Assembly: GCA_963663385.2 (NCBI GenBank)
Contig: CAXXXD010000001.1
Coordinates: 480,001 to 544,000 of the forward strand
From: Oceanispirochaeta sp.
GTDB lineage: Bacteria > Spirochaetota > Spirochaetia > DSM-2461
Direction: 5' to 3'
DNA length: 64,000 nt
In this document: positions 50,416-59,329 of the stretch, in pieces
Layout of the letters: every line of letters begins with the position of its first letter
Numbering within the stretch: the stretch's first letter is position 1
Program-made: the position numbers and the translations under genes
Notes under the pieces: model-generated
What the model saw: the letters and a program-made list of their open reading frames with translations, nothing else
Databases searched by the model: none
Told to the model about the DNA's origin: nothing

Positions 50416-51273
50416 TTACTGAGTAGATAATTCAGTATTTGTCCCGTTCTGAACTTTCGGGATATGACTGCTTATATTCGTCAGGGCATGCCCATTCTCC
50501 AGTAATGCTGTGGTGATATCCGGATTTGCTGCTTCCAGTCTCCCGACAGCTTTTTTAGCATCAAAAATATAATCCTTTTCTCCGCAAACATATGTCAGAG
50601 GGACTTTGAGGTTTTTCAGTTCCCTGTCAGTAAAAAGGGCCGGATTGTCCATCCGGTACCTGAAATGCCTGGTTAAAAGGACCTGGAATTGAACGACTTC
50701 TTCCGGAACCGGAGCTCCGTCAAACATAATAGACAATAATTTTCTTATTCCCTTTTCCCCCTGTATGGAATAGAAGATGGTTTTTATCAGGAATGATATT
50801 TTCGGCTTTACAATCCCGGTTGGAGCCAGAGCGATGACGCCGGCTGTTTTTTCCGGATAAGTCAGTGCATAGCGGATGACCGCCCACCCCCCAAGGGACA
50901 ACCCTCCCAGTAAAGGTTTATCCAGAGCCAGTCTATTAATGACTTCATCGAGCCATAGACTGAAAGTATCGCCTTTTGTATCAAATCTTACAGCTTCGCT
51001 TTTTCCCGGTTCTCCCGGAATATCTAAACTGTATACCCTGTAGCTCTGACTGAGTTTTTCCATATCTCCCATCCACGCCAGTGAATTGGATCCTGAACCA
51101 TGCAGCAACAGAAGGGGGGGATTTTTTTCCTCTCCTGCCGAAACAATGAATGTAGTGCCGTATTTTGTTTCTATGAAGAAATGCTCAACCAGGGGGAATT
51201 GCTCCAGCATGTTATTGTAAAACCGGAGAATGCAGTCTTTTCCCTTTTCTGTTCTGAAAATCTCTTTGTTCAT
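50416..51273 (-). CDS. Alpha/beta hydrolase
   Basis: LLHG, GLSLGG nucleophile elbow, GEKD, GH. Confidence 0.9.
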   Translation of the reverse strand: MNKEIFRTEKGKDCILRFYNNMLEQFPLVEHFFIETKYGTTFIVSAGEEKNPPLLLLHGSGSNSLAWMGDMEKLSQSYRVYSLDIPGEPGKSEAVRFDTKGDTFSLWLDEVINRLALDKPLLGGLSLGGWAVIRYALTYPEKTAGVIALAPTGIVKPKISFLIKTIFYSIQGEKGIRKLLSIMFDGAPVPEEVVQFQVLLTRHFRYRMDNPALFTDRELKNLKVPLTYVCGEKDYIFDAKKAVGRLEAANPDITTALLENGHALTNISSHIPKVQNGTNTELSTQ

Positions 51274-51332
51274 ATTTCTCTCCTATAAAAAGTCAATCAT
51301 AAGCCTATTAACAAGCTTACAATTGAACCGGA

Positions 51333-52445
51333 TTACCCAGTTTTTACGGCATTGAATGCAGCCGCCTGCATCTTCAAGTACTTATCATCCGGAACCATCT
51401 TCAACGGATCAAAGGGTTCACGGGTTTTCAATATGGAGTACACTACCGTACTCATCTTTCTTGCAGAGGCGATAATACTCGTGCCGCTGCCCTTGTTCTT
51501 CTTCATCGCTCTGTACTTCGTCATGATACGGTAATTGCCAGTCGTTTTCCGAGTTCTAACCATTCCCATAACACACTGAACAAATGCCGTTCTCAGTTCT
51601 ACAGCCCCTCTCTTTGTTATATGCCCATGATGAATCGTCTCATTGGAGTTCTGCACCCATGGTACAAGACCGGCATAAGCCGAATACTTCTTGGCACTGG
51701 CGTACCGCTTGATATCATCCGTATAGGCCCTAATAGTCGATGCCGTTATCAATCCGACTCCCGGGATCGTCTGCAATAACTGTACATCCTCATCTTCCTT
51801 TACAAGTTCCAGCAGGACTTTCTCTAACTGCTTGACCTGGTTCGAAACCTGATCTATCGTAGAAAGCAGCGGTTCTATCGCTTTGGCAGCGCTTCCGAAA
51901 CTCCTATGGTCCACGAGACCGATGAGGATGCGCTGCCTTTCTTTTTTACTCTGCAGCGCAGCTCTTTTTGTTTCAATTCCATACCCTAGAAGCAGTCCGT
52001 GAACCTGATTCTTCAAAGATACGACTGATTTAACAAGGATAGTTCTGGATTTAAGAACTCTACGGATATCCTCACTCTCCTGAGAACAAAGCTGTGATTC
52101 GGGAAGCATATCTTTTTCCAAGAACTCTGCTAGAGTTCTGGCATCATGCTTATCCGTCTTTTTCACTGATTCATTTACAACTTTGAATTTCAGTGTATTC
52201 ACAACCACCACCTCAATCCCTGCTAGCAATAGCTTGTTACGGAAGAACCGGGCATTTCCTGTTGATTCCACTGCAGCCCTAACATCAAGGCCCTCTTCTG
52301 TATAGGACACTGCTTTCTCAAGAAATGCTCTGTAACCGTCCTCAGAGGTCGGATACATTCCTGATTCACAAATGCTTCTATCATCACTCAGGAAACAGAC
52401 TGTTAACTGGGATTTGTGCAGATCCACTCCGATACTCATCTTCAT
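51333..52445 (-). CDS. IS110 recombinase/transposase
   Basis: GVDLHK, VEST, KTDKHDA (DEDD), IPGVG, AYAGLVP..NS..GHITKRG; start re-called to 52445 (or 52439) after ATAGGAG. Confidence 0.95.
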   Translation of the reverse strand: MKMSIGVDLHKSQLTVCFLSDDRSICESGMYPTSEDGYRAFLEKAVSYTEEGLDVRAAVESTGNARFFRNKLLLAGIEVVVVNTLKFKVVNESVKKTDKHDARTLAEFLEKDMLPESQLCSQESEDIRRVLKSRTILVKSVVSLKNQVHGLLLGYGIETKRAALQSKKERQRILIGLVDHRSFGSAAKAIEPLLSTIDQVSNQVKQLEKVLLELVKEDEDVQLLQTIPGVGLITASTIRAYTDDIKRYASAKKYSAYAGLVPWVQNSNETIHHGHITKRGAVELRTAFVQCVMGMVRTRKTTGNYRIMTKYRAMKKNKGSGTSIIASARKMSTVVYSILKTREPFDPLKMVPDDKYLKMQAAAFNAVKTG

Positions 52446-52459
52446 ACCTTCGCTCCTAT

Positions 52460-52645
52460 TGCCTAAAACAGCGCCTGTACGGTGAATTGATTCCATTCTC
52501 CTATCCGGTCTCGAAGACCATTGAATGTTTCGGTCACGGCTCTTCATTCTCCTGTACGGTCTCGGAGACCAGTAAAAATGGCGAACAGTAACCTGGCTGT
52601 TCTAAACGATGTTTAGAACATTGTATCAATCCACAAGCCTATGAA
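52460..52645 (-). ncRNA. Putative IS110 bridge RNA
   Basis: Perfect 10-bp 5' hairpin, then two duplicated stem-loops carrying target- and donor-matching 7-mers; RNA ends are approximate. Confidence 0.7.
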
Positions 52646-52699
52646 GACTTTTTATCATTCCTCCTGTTAATGCCGAATAATTCTGGTAGGGGGCATTTC

Positions 52700-53155
52700 C
52701 TATTCATTGGAATTGTCCTGCTTCAATAGCTGATCAATTATCAGCAGCAATCTGCTTACCAGCTGGGGAGATCCGTGAAATATAATTTTCCCCTTCAGCT
52801 CTTCTTCAAAATACATAAAATCAAATCTGCCTTGACCGTCTTCCGGGAGTTTAGAGTTCATTACTGCATTTATAGTATTGGAAATTCTCATAGCCTGATC
52901 CTTTCCTCCAATAAAACAATCAATAACCGCTGTTGTAAGAGGGGACTCCCTGATTTCAGAACTCTCCGGTGTATATTGTGGTGATTCCCTGATCTCTTCA
53001 CCTGTATACACGCTTAAATCGTGTCCGCTTATCCTGTAACTTCTACCGACTTTTGTTGCCGTTAATTTGCCCTCCCGTATAAAACGCTGGACTGTTTTTT
53101 CATGAAGTTGCAGCAGTTCTGCTGCCTGTGCAACTGTATACCAGACTTCTTTCAT
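52700..53155 (-). CDS. Excisionase-like (HTH_17) DNA-binding protein
   Basis: YTVAQAAELLQLHEKTVQRFIREGKL.A.KVGRSYRI. Confidence 0.85.
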   Translation of the reverse strand: MKEVWYTVAQAAELLQLHEKTVQRFIREGKLTATKVGRSYRISGHDLSVYTGEEIRESPQYTPESSEIRESPLTTAVIDCFIGGKDQAMRISNTINAVMNSKLPEDGQGRFDFMYFEEELKGKIIFHGSPQLVSRLLLIIDQLLKQDNSNE

Positions 53156-53188
53156 TCCTTAAAACTCCTTAATGAGTTGCGATAAGTA

Positions 53189-53217
53189 ACATTAGGATGC
53201 ATTAGCCTTCTTGTCAA
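53189..53217 (-). promoter_or_regulatory. Sigma70 promoter of the HTH gene
   Basis: TTGACA, 17 bp, TAATGT. Confidence 0.6.
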
Positions 53218-53355
53218 GAAGTTTTGGGGAATCTTTTGGGGGAAATGAAAAATAATACCTGTTGTTTGTATCAAATCATTTGATCGGGTTTATTGATCAT
53301 CTGAGGGGTTAGGCAAACAACGGATCTGAGGTATTTCTTATGTGAGGAATTCGGA

Positions 53356-54021
53356 CTATCGTATCAGATGCCGGGTATATCCGGCATCAATAAGCAGCTT
53401 ATAGGCATTAAATACCCTGTCCGGAACATCCTGGACGGTCTGAAAACCAAGGGACGGGTATTCAATTATCCTCTGTAAATCTCCTGTCATTAAATGGATC
53501 AGTTCATCCCGGCTTATTTCATCATTCGGATACTCATCGAAGCTCAGGGGAGGGGATGTAACAATCAGCTCCTTCTCCGGCCAGTGTATTTTAATGGTGG
53601 CATAGGCCCGACGTTCCATATAGGGTTTCTGAACGGCCAGTATTCTGTGATGGGGAATTCCCCTCTCTTTCAGGATCTTTTCGGAAAGCAGAACATTCTC
53701 TCCTGTATTCTGAGCGTGGCATTCAAGGATCATCTTCTTCCGGGGAACTCCTGCGGCTGCGGCCCTGTCCGCAAACATCTCCGCTTCACTTTTCCTCCAG
53801 CCTGTCTCCAGTAAATCTCCGTGATGGGCCTCTCCCCCGGAAAACAGTATCCGGGGAGCCAGCCCGTTCAGGAACAGGGAGGCCCCATAATCCGCGACTC
53901 TCAGGTCATGGCTGCACAGTACAAAAATCAGGTCGGCATTTTCTATCGTATGATTTATATGGTGGTAATCCCAGAGAGTCCAGGCGGCTGCTTCAATTTT
54001 CATATCTTGTCTTTCTTTCAT
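53356..54021 (-). CDS. YdcF/DUF218 family protein
   Basis: SGG, SEAE.FA, E..AQNTGEN, VQKPYMERRAYAT. Confidence 0.88.
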   Translation of the reverse strand: MKERQDMKIEAAAWTLWDYHHINHTIENADLIFVLCSHDLRVADYGASLFLNGLAPRILFSGGEAHHGDLLETGWRKSEAEMFADRAAAAGVPRKKMILECHAQNTGENVLLSEKILKERGIPHHRILAVQKPYMERRAYATIKIHWPEKELIVTSPPLSFDEYPNDEISRDELIHLMTGDLQRIIEYPSLGFQTVQDVPDRVFNAYKLLIDAGYTRHLIR

Positions 54022-54259
54022 AGGTAAATCTTATTGTAAAATCGTTTTTTTTGCATCATTTCGGTTTGACTATCCATTGGATTTGTCATCAGGCCTTATA
54101 TATTCTGAAGAAGATAGGAATCATTCCAATGGTGTTTTTTCTAATCTTGTCTGCCGGCGGCAGGATGCCAGGTTCAGGGAATCCATATTGTGGTATCTTT
54201 CAATAATTTTCGATACATCTGTCTGTTGTTCTTCTCAGGTCGGAATAAATGTTTTAAGC

Positions 54260-54600
54260 GGAATCAGTTTTGCATTTTACCGGTTAATATCGACAGTCGG
54301 TCCAGAAGGCTGTTCCAATAATGTTTATGCAGATCACAGGCTGAAGAAGGATAAAGTAGCGCAAGCCTTTGACGGCTGTGGGGATAGTTGGCGTGGATGA
54401 ATGGATAAACATGGAGATAAAGAAAACAGGGAAGCTCTGCAGGACAATAAATACGATCATAGCAAAGCTTATGGATACCCTCGTTTCCATCACCAGGGAG
54501 TACTATTCTCATGTAGTTTTCGGTCAGACCCAGTACCTCGCTGTTGGCTCCAAAAAGGGTAAGAATACTAACTATAAGCAAGCAGGATAGTGATAAATCT
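54260..54600 (-). pseudogene. Probable degraded MATE efflux transporter remnant
   Basis: Fragments in different frames (ILTLFGANSEVLGLTENYMRIV; GLRYFILLQPVICINIIGTAF) resemble MATE helices; no full ORF. Confidence 0.45.
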
Positions 54601-54834
54601 TACCAATATCAAGAGATTTGAAATCTAACTAATAATAACATCAGATTTATCCAATTGAACATTGTATTTCAGTTGAAAATGACTTGAGGAAGTATATATG
54701 ACTGTTTTAATAATAAACAAATATTCCATATTATTCCTGGTTTTTTTATATACGGAGAGTTTTTTCCCCGGTAATCTGCCTACAGAAAGAAGTTACAATT
54801 TTATCCTTTCAATAGGATCCGTATGGATATTTTA

Positions 54835-54972
54835 ATAAGTGATGTAAGGGAAACAGGTTGGAATCCTGTACAGCAGCCACTGCCGTAATTGCTTACGATG
54901 ATACGTTATAACATTGGGAAACCGAGAAGTCGTGTCGGAGAAAAAAGCATAAGTCGGAAGACCTATCACGTT
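54835..54972 (+). ncRNA. Cobalamin riboswitch aptamer
   Basis: AGGGAA-ACAGG..AATCCTGT..GCCACTGCCGTA..CATTGGGAAACCGAGAAG..AAGTCGGAAGACCT (B12 box); upstream of ABC uptake and cbiK; ends approximate. Confidence 0.88.
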
Positions 54973-55020
54973 TTGGTAATTTTTCGGGCAGTGGAAAATT
55001 TATTACCAAATCAAAAGAGT

Positions 55021-55045
55021 AATGCCCGAGAGGGCATTTTTTTTT
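55021..55045 (+). terminator. Riboswitch-controlled intrinsic terminator
   Basis: AATGCCC-GAGA-GGGCATT followed by a T run. Confidence 0.85.
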
Positions 55046-55112
55046 AGTGCATATCATCAATATGGCTTAATTCCGCCATATCGGTTGAAAAATGTTTTAT
55101 AAGGAGTTTTAA

Positions 55113-56624
55113 ATGAGAAAACTGACATTAATTCTATTATGTCTGTTTGTTTCAGGCGGTATGCTTATTGCCGGAGGACAGAAAGATGTCCCCGTAGCGG
55201 ATACGGAGATAATTGCAGGGACTTATGAGGGCCTCAGCCATGGTTTTCACGGAGACCTTCCCGTAAGTGTTGACGTTGACAGTACGGGAAAAATTGTATC
55301 TGTTTCGGTTGGAAAAAACAGCGAAACAAAAAACATTGGAACTTTGGCCATAGACAGGATCCCCGGGCAAATTGTTGAAAATCAGTCCTTTGATGTTGAC
55401 TCCATCTCCGGGGCGACAGTAACAACCAAAGCCATTCTTGCGGCAACGGCGCAGGCTGTTGAGCAGGCCGGGATGAATCCAGCAGATCTGGGGTATGTGG
55501 CCCCTAAAGCACCTGCATTTGAAATGGTCAGATTTGATGCCGCTGCACTCCCTGTAAAGTCAGAAAAAACCGGGACGGTTACTGTTACCGATGCCAGAGG
55601 GCGGGAAGTTACCATCGAAACCCCCATTTCCTCCTATGGAATAAGTACTATGGATGTCATCGACTTTATTATCCCTTTTATGGGAGAAGAGGCATTTAAA
55701 ATGCTTGTAGCTGCCGGTCAGGACGGAGGGGGTGGTATTCAGCGCTATGCCCGTCTGTATTCACCCATAGTAGGAAATTACAACGAACATGTGGGACAGA
55801 TCTCCGAGCATAACGCCCCCTTTGATCTCGAGATGATACTGGCAACCGATCCGGATGTAATATTTATCAATGCCGCCATGGGCGCCCACGGGCATGCCAT
55901 GGATATTGAAGATCAGCTGGATGCGGCCGGAATCCCTTTTGTCTGTATCAGTATTCCCGGTAAGGATGTCAGCACAGCCTCTCAAAAGGCAATCGGTCTG
56001 ATTGCAAAGGTTTTTCAGAAAGAAGAGGAAGCACAGGACGTTATCGGTTTTATTGATGATCAGTTTGCCGTCATCAATGAGAAAGATCTCCAGAACCGGG
56101 ACGATAAACCTCTGGTTTACTATGAAAAGGGGGGGCATGAAGAGATTTTCGGCAGAACAAGTACCAGCGCTCCCGGCGGGTGGGGGCATCTTGTGACCTA
56201 TTCCGGAGGGTTCAATATTGCCGATCCCCTGCTGTTTGATACCATAGCCTGTAAAGCAACGGGAAATACACTTGATCCTGAATATGTTCTTGAAACCAAT
56301 CCGGATTATGTTGTGATGTCCGCGGCAGGAGATGCCTGGATGACAAACTTTTCTGATGACCCCACTCCTGATATCAGTTTCGACATTGTTAAACGTATCG
56401 GATGGAATGAGCTTAAGGCGGTACAGAATGATCAGGTGTATGACCTGTCTCATGCCATGTGGCGTTCTGTTTACAGTTTCAATGCCTGTCAGTTTATGGC
56501 CAAAAAATTCTATCCGGATCTGTTTACGGATCTTGATCCCGACGCTGTCATGGATGAGTTCTTTGAACGGTTTATGCTTACCGACAGCAGTATTACGCGA
56601 TGGACTTTCAGTATTGACGAATGA
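55113..56624 (+). CDS. ABC solute-binding protein (BtuF/Fe-siderophore class) with an N-terminal FMN-binding domain
   Basis: Signal peptide; GTYEG..GFHG..VDSISGATVTT; then VTDARGREV, E.IL..DPDV, PEYVL..NPD, AVQNDQVY. Confidence 0.85.
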   Translation: MRKLTLILLCLFVSGGMLIAGGQKDVPVADTEIIAGTYEGLSHGFHGDLPVSVDVDSTGKIVSVSVGKNSETKNIGTLAIDRIPGQIVENQSFDVDSISGATVTTKAILAATAQAVEQAGMNPADLGYVAPKAPAFEMVRFDAAALPVKSEKTGTVTVTDARGREVTIETPISSYGISTMDVIDFIIPFMGEEAFKMLVAAGQDGGGGIQRYARLYSPIVGNYNEHVGQISEHNAPFDLEMILATDPDVIFINAAMGAHGHAMDIEDQLDAAGIPFVCISIPGKDVSTASQKAIGLIAKVFQKEEEAQDVIGFIDDQFAVINEKDLQNRDDKPLVYYEKGGHEEIFGRTSTSAPGGWGHLVTYSGGFNIADPLLFDTIACKATGNTLDPEYVLETNPDYVVMSAAGDAWMTNFSDDPTPDISFDIVKRIGWNELKAVQNDQVYDLSHAMWRSVYSFNACQFMAKKFYPDLFTDLDPDAVMDEFFERFMLTDSSITRWTFSIDE

Positions 56625-57655
56625 ATGAAAATCGACTGATTTATAGTAAAATGATCAGCAGAAGGATCACTATGATAGTGGTCCTTCTTGTTGCAGTCTT
56701 CCTGCTTTTTCTGGTGAATATTTCCATAGGTTCATCCCGAATCCCGATGATGGAAATTTTACAGATTCTGTTTACCGGAGAAGGATCAGGTCATAAAGAT
56801 ATGATTGTTATTAATGTACGGCTTCCCATGGCGTTGATGACCATTGCCGTGGGGATCTGTCTGGGAATCGGAGGGTGTGAAATACAGACCATACTGCGCA
56901 ATCCTATAGCCAGTCCCTATACACTGGGTATTACCAATGCTGCAACATTTGGAGCAGCCCTCGGACTGATAAACAATACAACGCTGCCCTGGATTCCGGA
57001 AAAACTGATGGTAACCGGGAATGCCTTCCTTTGTGCCGTTTTCGCCTCTGTCTGCATTTTTGCATTTTCCAGAAAGCGGGGAGCCAACAAGAATGCCATT
57101 ATCCTTTTTGGAATGGCCATGAATTTTATGTTCAGCGCCCTGACAATGATTATGCAGTATATTGCGGATGATGAAGACCTGAAGAGTCTTGTCTTCTGGA
57201 GTATGGGAAGTATGCTGAAATCAACATGGGGTAAATTCTGGGTTGTTTTTGCTGTTCTTATTTTCAGTATCATTATTCTTGTTAAAAACAGCTGGAAGCT
57301 GACCGCCATGACCCTTGATGATACAAAGGCAAAGAGTCTTGGCGTAGATACGAATGTTCTGCGGCGAATGGTAATACTGATCTGCTCCCTGATTACAGCT
57401 GTTGCGGTTAGCTTTGTGGGAACTATAGGGTTTGTGGGAATCATAGCGCCCCATATAGCCAGGCAGCTTGCGGGAGAAGATCAGCGTTTTTTCATGCCCC
57501 TGGCGGCACTTATCGGTGCACTTGTTCTGTCTGTGTCTTTCGCTGTGAGTAAAGTGATTATTCGGGGAGTTATCTTTCCGATCGGACTTGTAACGGCGGT
57601 AATAGGTATTCCTGTCTTTATGTTTATAGTGTTTAAAAAGGCAAGGTCATTCTGA
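56621..57655 (+). CDS. FecCD/BtuC-type ABC permease
   Basis: VRLP, Q..LRNPIASPYTLG, AKSLGV, GTIGFVGIIAPHIAR. Confidence 0.92.
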   Translation: MNENRLIYSKMISRRITMIVVLLVAVFLLFLVNISIGSSRIPMMEILQILFTGEGSGHKDMIVINVRLPMALMTIAVGICLGIGGCEIQTILRNPIASPYTLGITNAATFGAALGLINNTTLPWIPEKLMVTGNAFLCAVFASVCIFAFSRKRGANKNAIILFGMAMNFMFSALTMIMQYIADDEDLKSLVFWSMGSMLKSTWGKFWVVFAVLIFSIIILVKNSWKLTAMTLDDTKAKSLGVDTNVLRRMVILICSLITAVAVSFVGTIGFVGIIAPHIARQLAGEDQRFFMPLAALIGALVLSVSFAVSKVIIRGVIFPIGLVTAVIGIPVFMFIVFKKARSF

Positions 57656-58503
57656 TGATTAAGGTCGAAAAGCTTACATTTTCCTATACAGGTATAAAGA
57701 GTTCCCAGCCCGTATTCAATAATCTCAGTTTCAGTTTCAAAAGCGGGTTTAATACCATTCTCGGACCAAACGGAGCGGGGAAATCCACCCTTCTGATGTC
57801 TCTGTTCGGCTTGTTGAATTACGAAGGAGAGATCTTTTACGGCAAGCGGAATCTTTCGGAAATGGGATCGGAAGAGAGGATCAGACAGATGTCCTATCTT
57901 CCGCAGATGGATATCGATACGTCCATGCTTTCGGTTCTGGAGATGGTTCTTCTGGGTCGTCTGCCCGAGCTGAAAAGAAAAATCTCAGACAGAGATCTGG
58001 ATATTGTTATGCGTATTATGAGACAGCTGAATATAGACTCTCTTGCTCAAAGAACATTCAGTGAGCTCAGCGGGGGACAGCAGAAGCTGGTCTTTATTGC
58101 CCAGACTCTTGTACGGGAACCAGGACTGATTCTTCTGGACGAGCCGATTAATTCACTTGACCTGCAAAAGCAGCTGGAACTCTGCCACCTGTTAAAACAG
58201 ATTGTAAGAAATGATTCTGTGGATATTATAACTGTATTGCATGATATTAATCTTGCTTCCAGATACTCGGATCACATTGTTATAATTGACAGAAACGGAG
58301 AGTATTACAACAGCGGGACTCCCGGAGAAACAATAACGGAAACAATGCTGCGGGATGTTTACGGGGTCATTGCATCGGTAAATTATGATGAGCATCAGAT
58401 CCCGATTGTGTCGCCCCTCCGGTCTGTCCGTATTGATGAGGAGGAAGTCCGGAAAAAAGAGATGGCCCGTGTTCCCGTGTTATTTTCAGGCCGTTCAATT
58501 TAA
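57655..58503 (+). CDS. ABC ATPase (FecE/BtuD-type)
   Basis: GPNGAGKST, LSGGQ, LLDEP, LHDINLA. Confidence 0.93.
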   Translation: MIKVEKLTFSYTGIKSSQPVFNNLSFSFKSGFNTILGPNGAGKSTLLMSLFGLLNYEGEIFYGKRNLSEMGSEERIRQMSYLPQMDIDTSMLSVLEMVLLGRLPELKRKISDRDLDIVMRIMRQLNIDSLAQRTFSELSGGQQKLVFIAQTLVREPGLILLDEPINSLDLQKQLELCHLLKQIVRNDSVDIITVLHDINLASRYSDHIVIIDRNGEYYNSGTPGETITETMLRDVYGVIASVNYDEHQIPIVSPLRSVRIDEEEVRKKEMARVPVLFSGRSI

Positions 58504-58538
58504 CAGATAAATCAGAAAATATTCAGGAGATAAATAAC

Positions 58539-59318
58539 ATGATTAAGAAAGGAATACTGCTGGCCGCTTTCGGAACTACCTACAATGCGACGGAAGAGAA
58601 GTGTATTACCCCTATGATAAGACTTACGGAAAAAATGTTTCCGGACTATAAGGTTTCAATTGCCTACACCTCGACCATTGTTATTAAAAAACTGGTCCAA
58701 AGGAACCGGAATATCTCCCTTCCTCTGGAGGAAGCGGAGAAAATGCTGGCTGCCGGTATTAAAGAACTTATTGTCCAGCCTCTGCATTTTATGAAAGGCC
58801 ATGAGTTTGATAAAAAGATTGTAGAACCACTTGAATCAGTCAGAACCCGATTTGAGAAATTTTCCATTGGGAATCCCCTGCTTTCGGAAGAGCAGGATTT
58901 TTTGGAGACAGCAGAAGTCATCAGGAAACTTTCCCTGTCTGTGAACAATGAAAAGATACTTCTTATGGGGCATGGAACGGATCACCCGGAAGACCGGGTA
59001 TACGGTTTGATGCAGGAGTCTCTGTACCGGAAAAAGGTTAATGCGGAAATTGCCACGGTGGAGGGGGGAATCACCTTTGAAGATGCTCTTGAACGAATAA
59101 AAAAAACCGGAACAGAAAAGGTGCACCTTTTTCCCTTTATGCTGGTTGCTGGTGATCATGCCAGTAATGATATGGCGGGAGATGACGATGACAGCTGGAG
59201 GAACAGACTTCTTCAGGAAGGTATTCAAGGGGTTCCCCATCTTCAGGGTCTGGGTGAGTCCGAACAAATCCGTGAGATGTTTATCTGCCATATCAAGGCT
59301 TGTATGAAACAGCAGTAG
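58539..59318 (+). CDS. cbiK: Sirohydrochlorin cobaltochelatase
   Basis: FGTT, AYTS, VQPLH..G.E, MGHGT, PFMLVAGDHASNDM, GLGE; no signal peptide. Confidence 0.9.
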   Translation: MIKKGILLAAFGTTYNATEEKCITPMIRLTEKMFPDYKVSIAYTSTIVIKKLVQRNRNISLPLEEAEKMLAAGIKELIVQPLHFMKGHEFDKKIVEPLESVRTRFEKFSIGNPLLSEEQDFLETAEVIRKLSLSVNNEKILLMGHGTDHPEDRVYGLMQESLYRKKVNAEIATVEGGITFEDALERIKKTGTEKVHLFPFMLVAGDHASNDMAGDDDDSWRNRLLQEGIQGVPHLQGLGESEQIREMFICHIKACMKQQ

Positions 59319-59329
59319 GGAGATGTAAT

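Larger units (their letters stand above)
51285..52665 (-). mobile_element. IS110-family element (counting one copy of the AGGAG junction core) inserted in the RBS of the hydrolase gene
   Basis: CTCCT at both junctions (51280-84, 52661-65); sub-terminal IRs ATAAAAAGTC (51285-94) and GACTTTTTAT (52646-55); DEDD recombinase. Confidence 0.85.

Noticed and set aside
52446..52547. N-terminal extension of the IS110 ORF in the ORF track
   Set aside because: The DEDD domain begins at MKMSIGVD behind its own SD; the extension overlaps the structured non-coding region
52494..52580. Two direct repeats considered as a mini-CRISPR array
   Set aside because: Only two imperfect units, no cas genes, and located inside an IS110 end; better explained as bridge RNA loops
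52626..52658. Mini-ORF MIKSLHRLVD created at the IS110 upstream junction
   Set aside because: SD-to-ATG spacing is only 1-2 nt and the ORF overlaps the IR; probably incidental
52700..53155. Prophage or ICE suggested by the excisionase-like HTH
   Set aside because: No integrase, att sites or phage genes in the window; likely a local regulator
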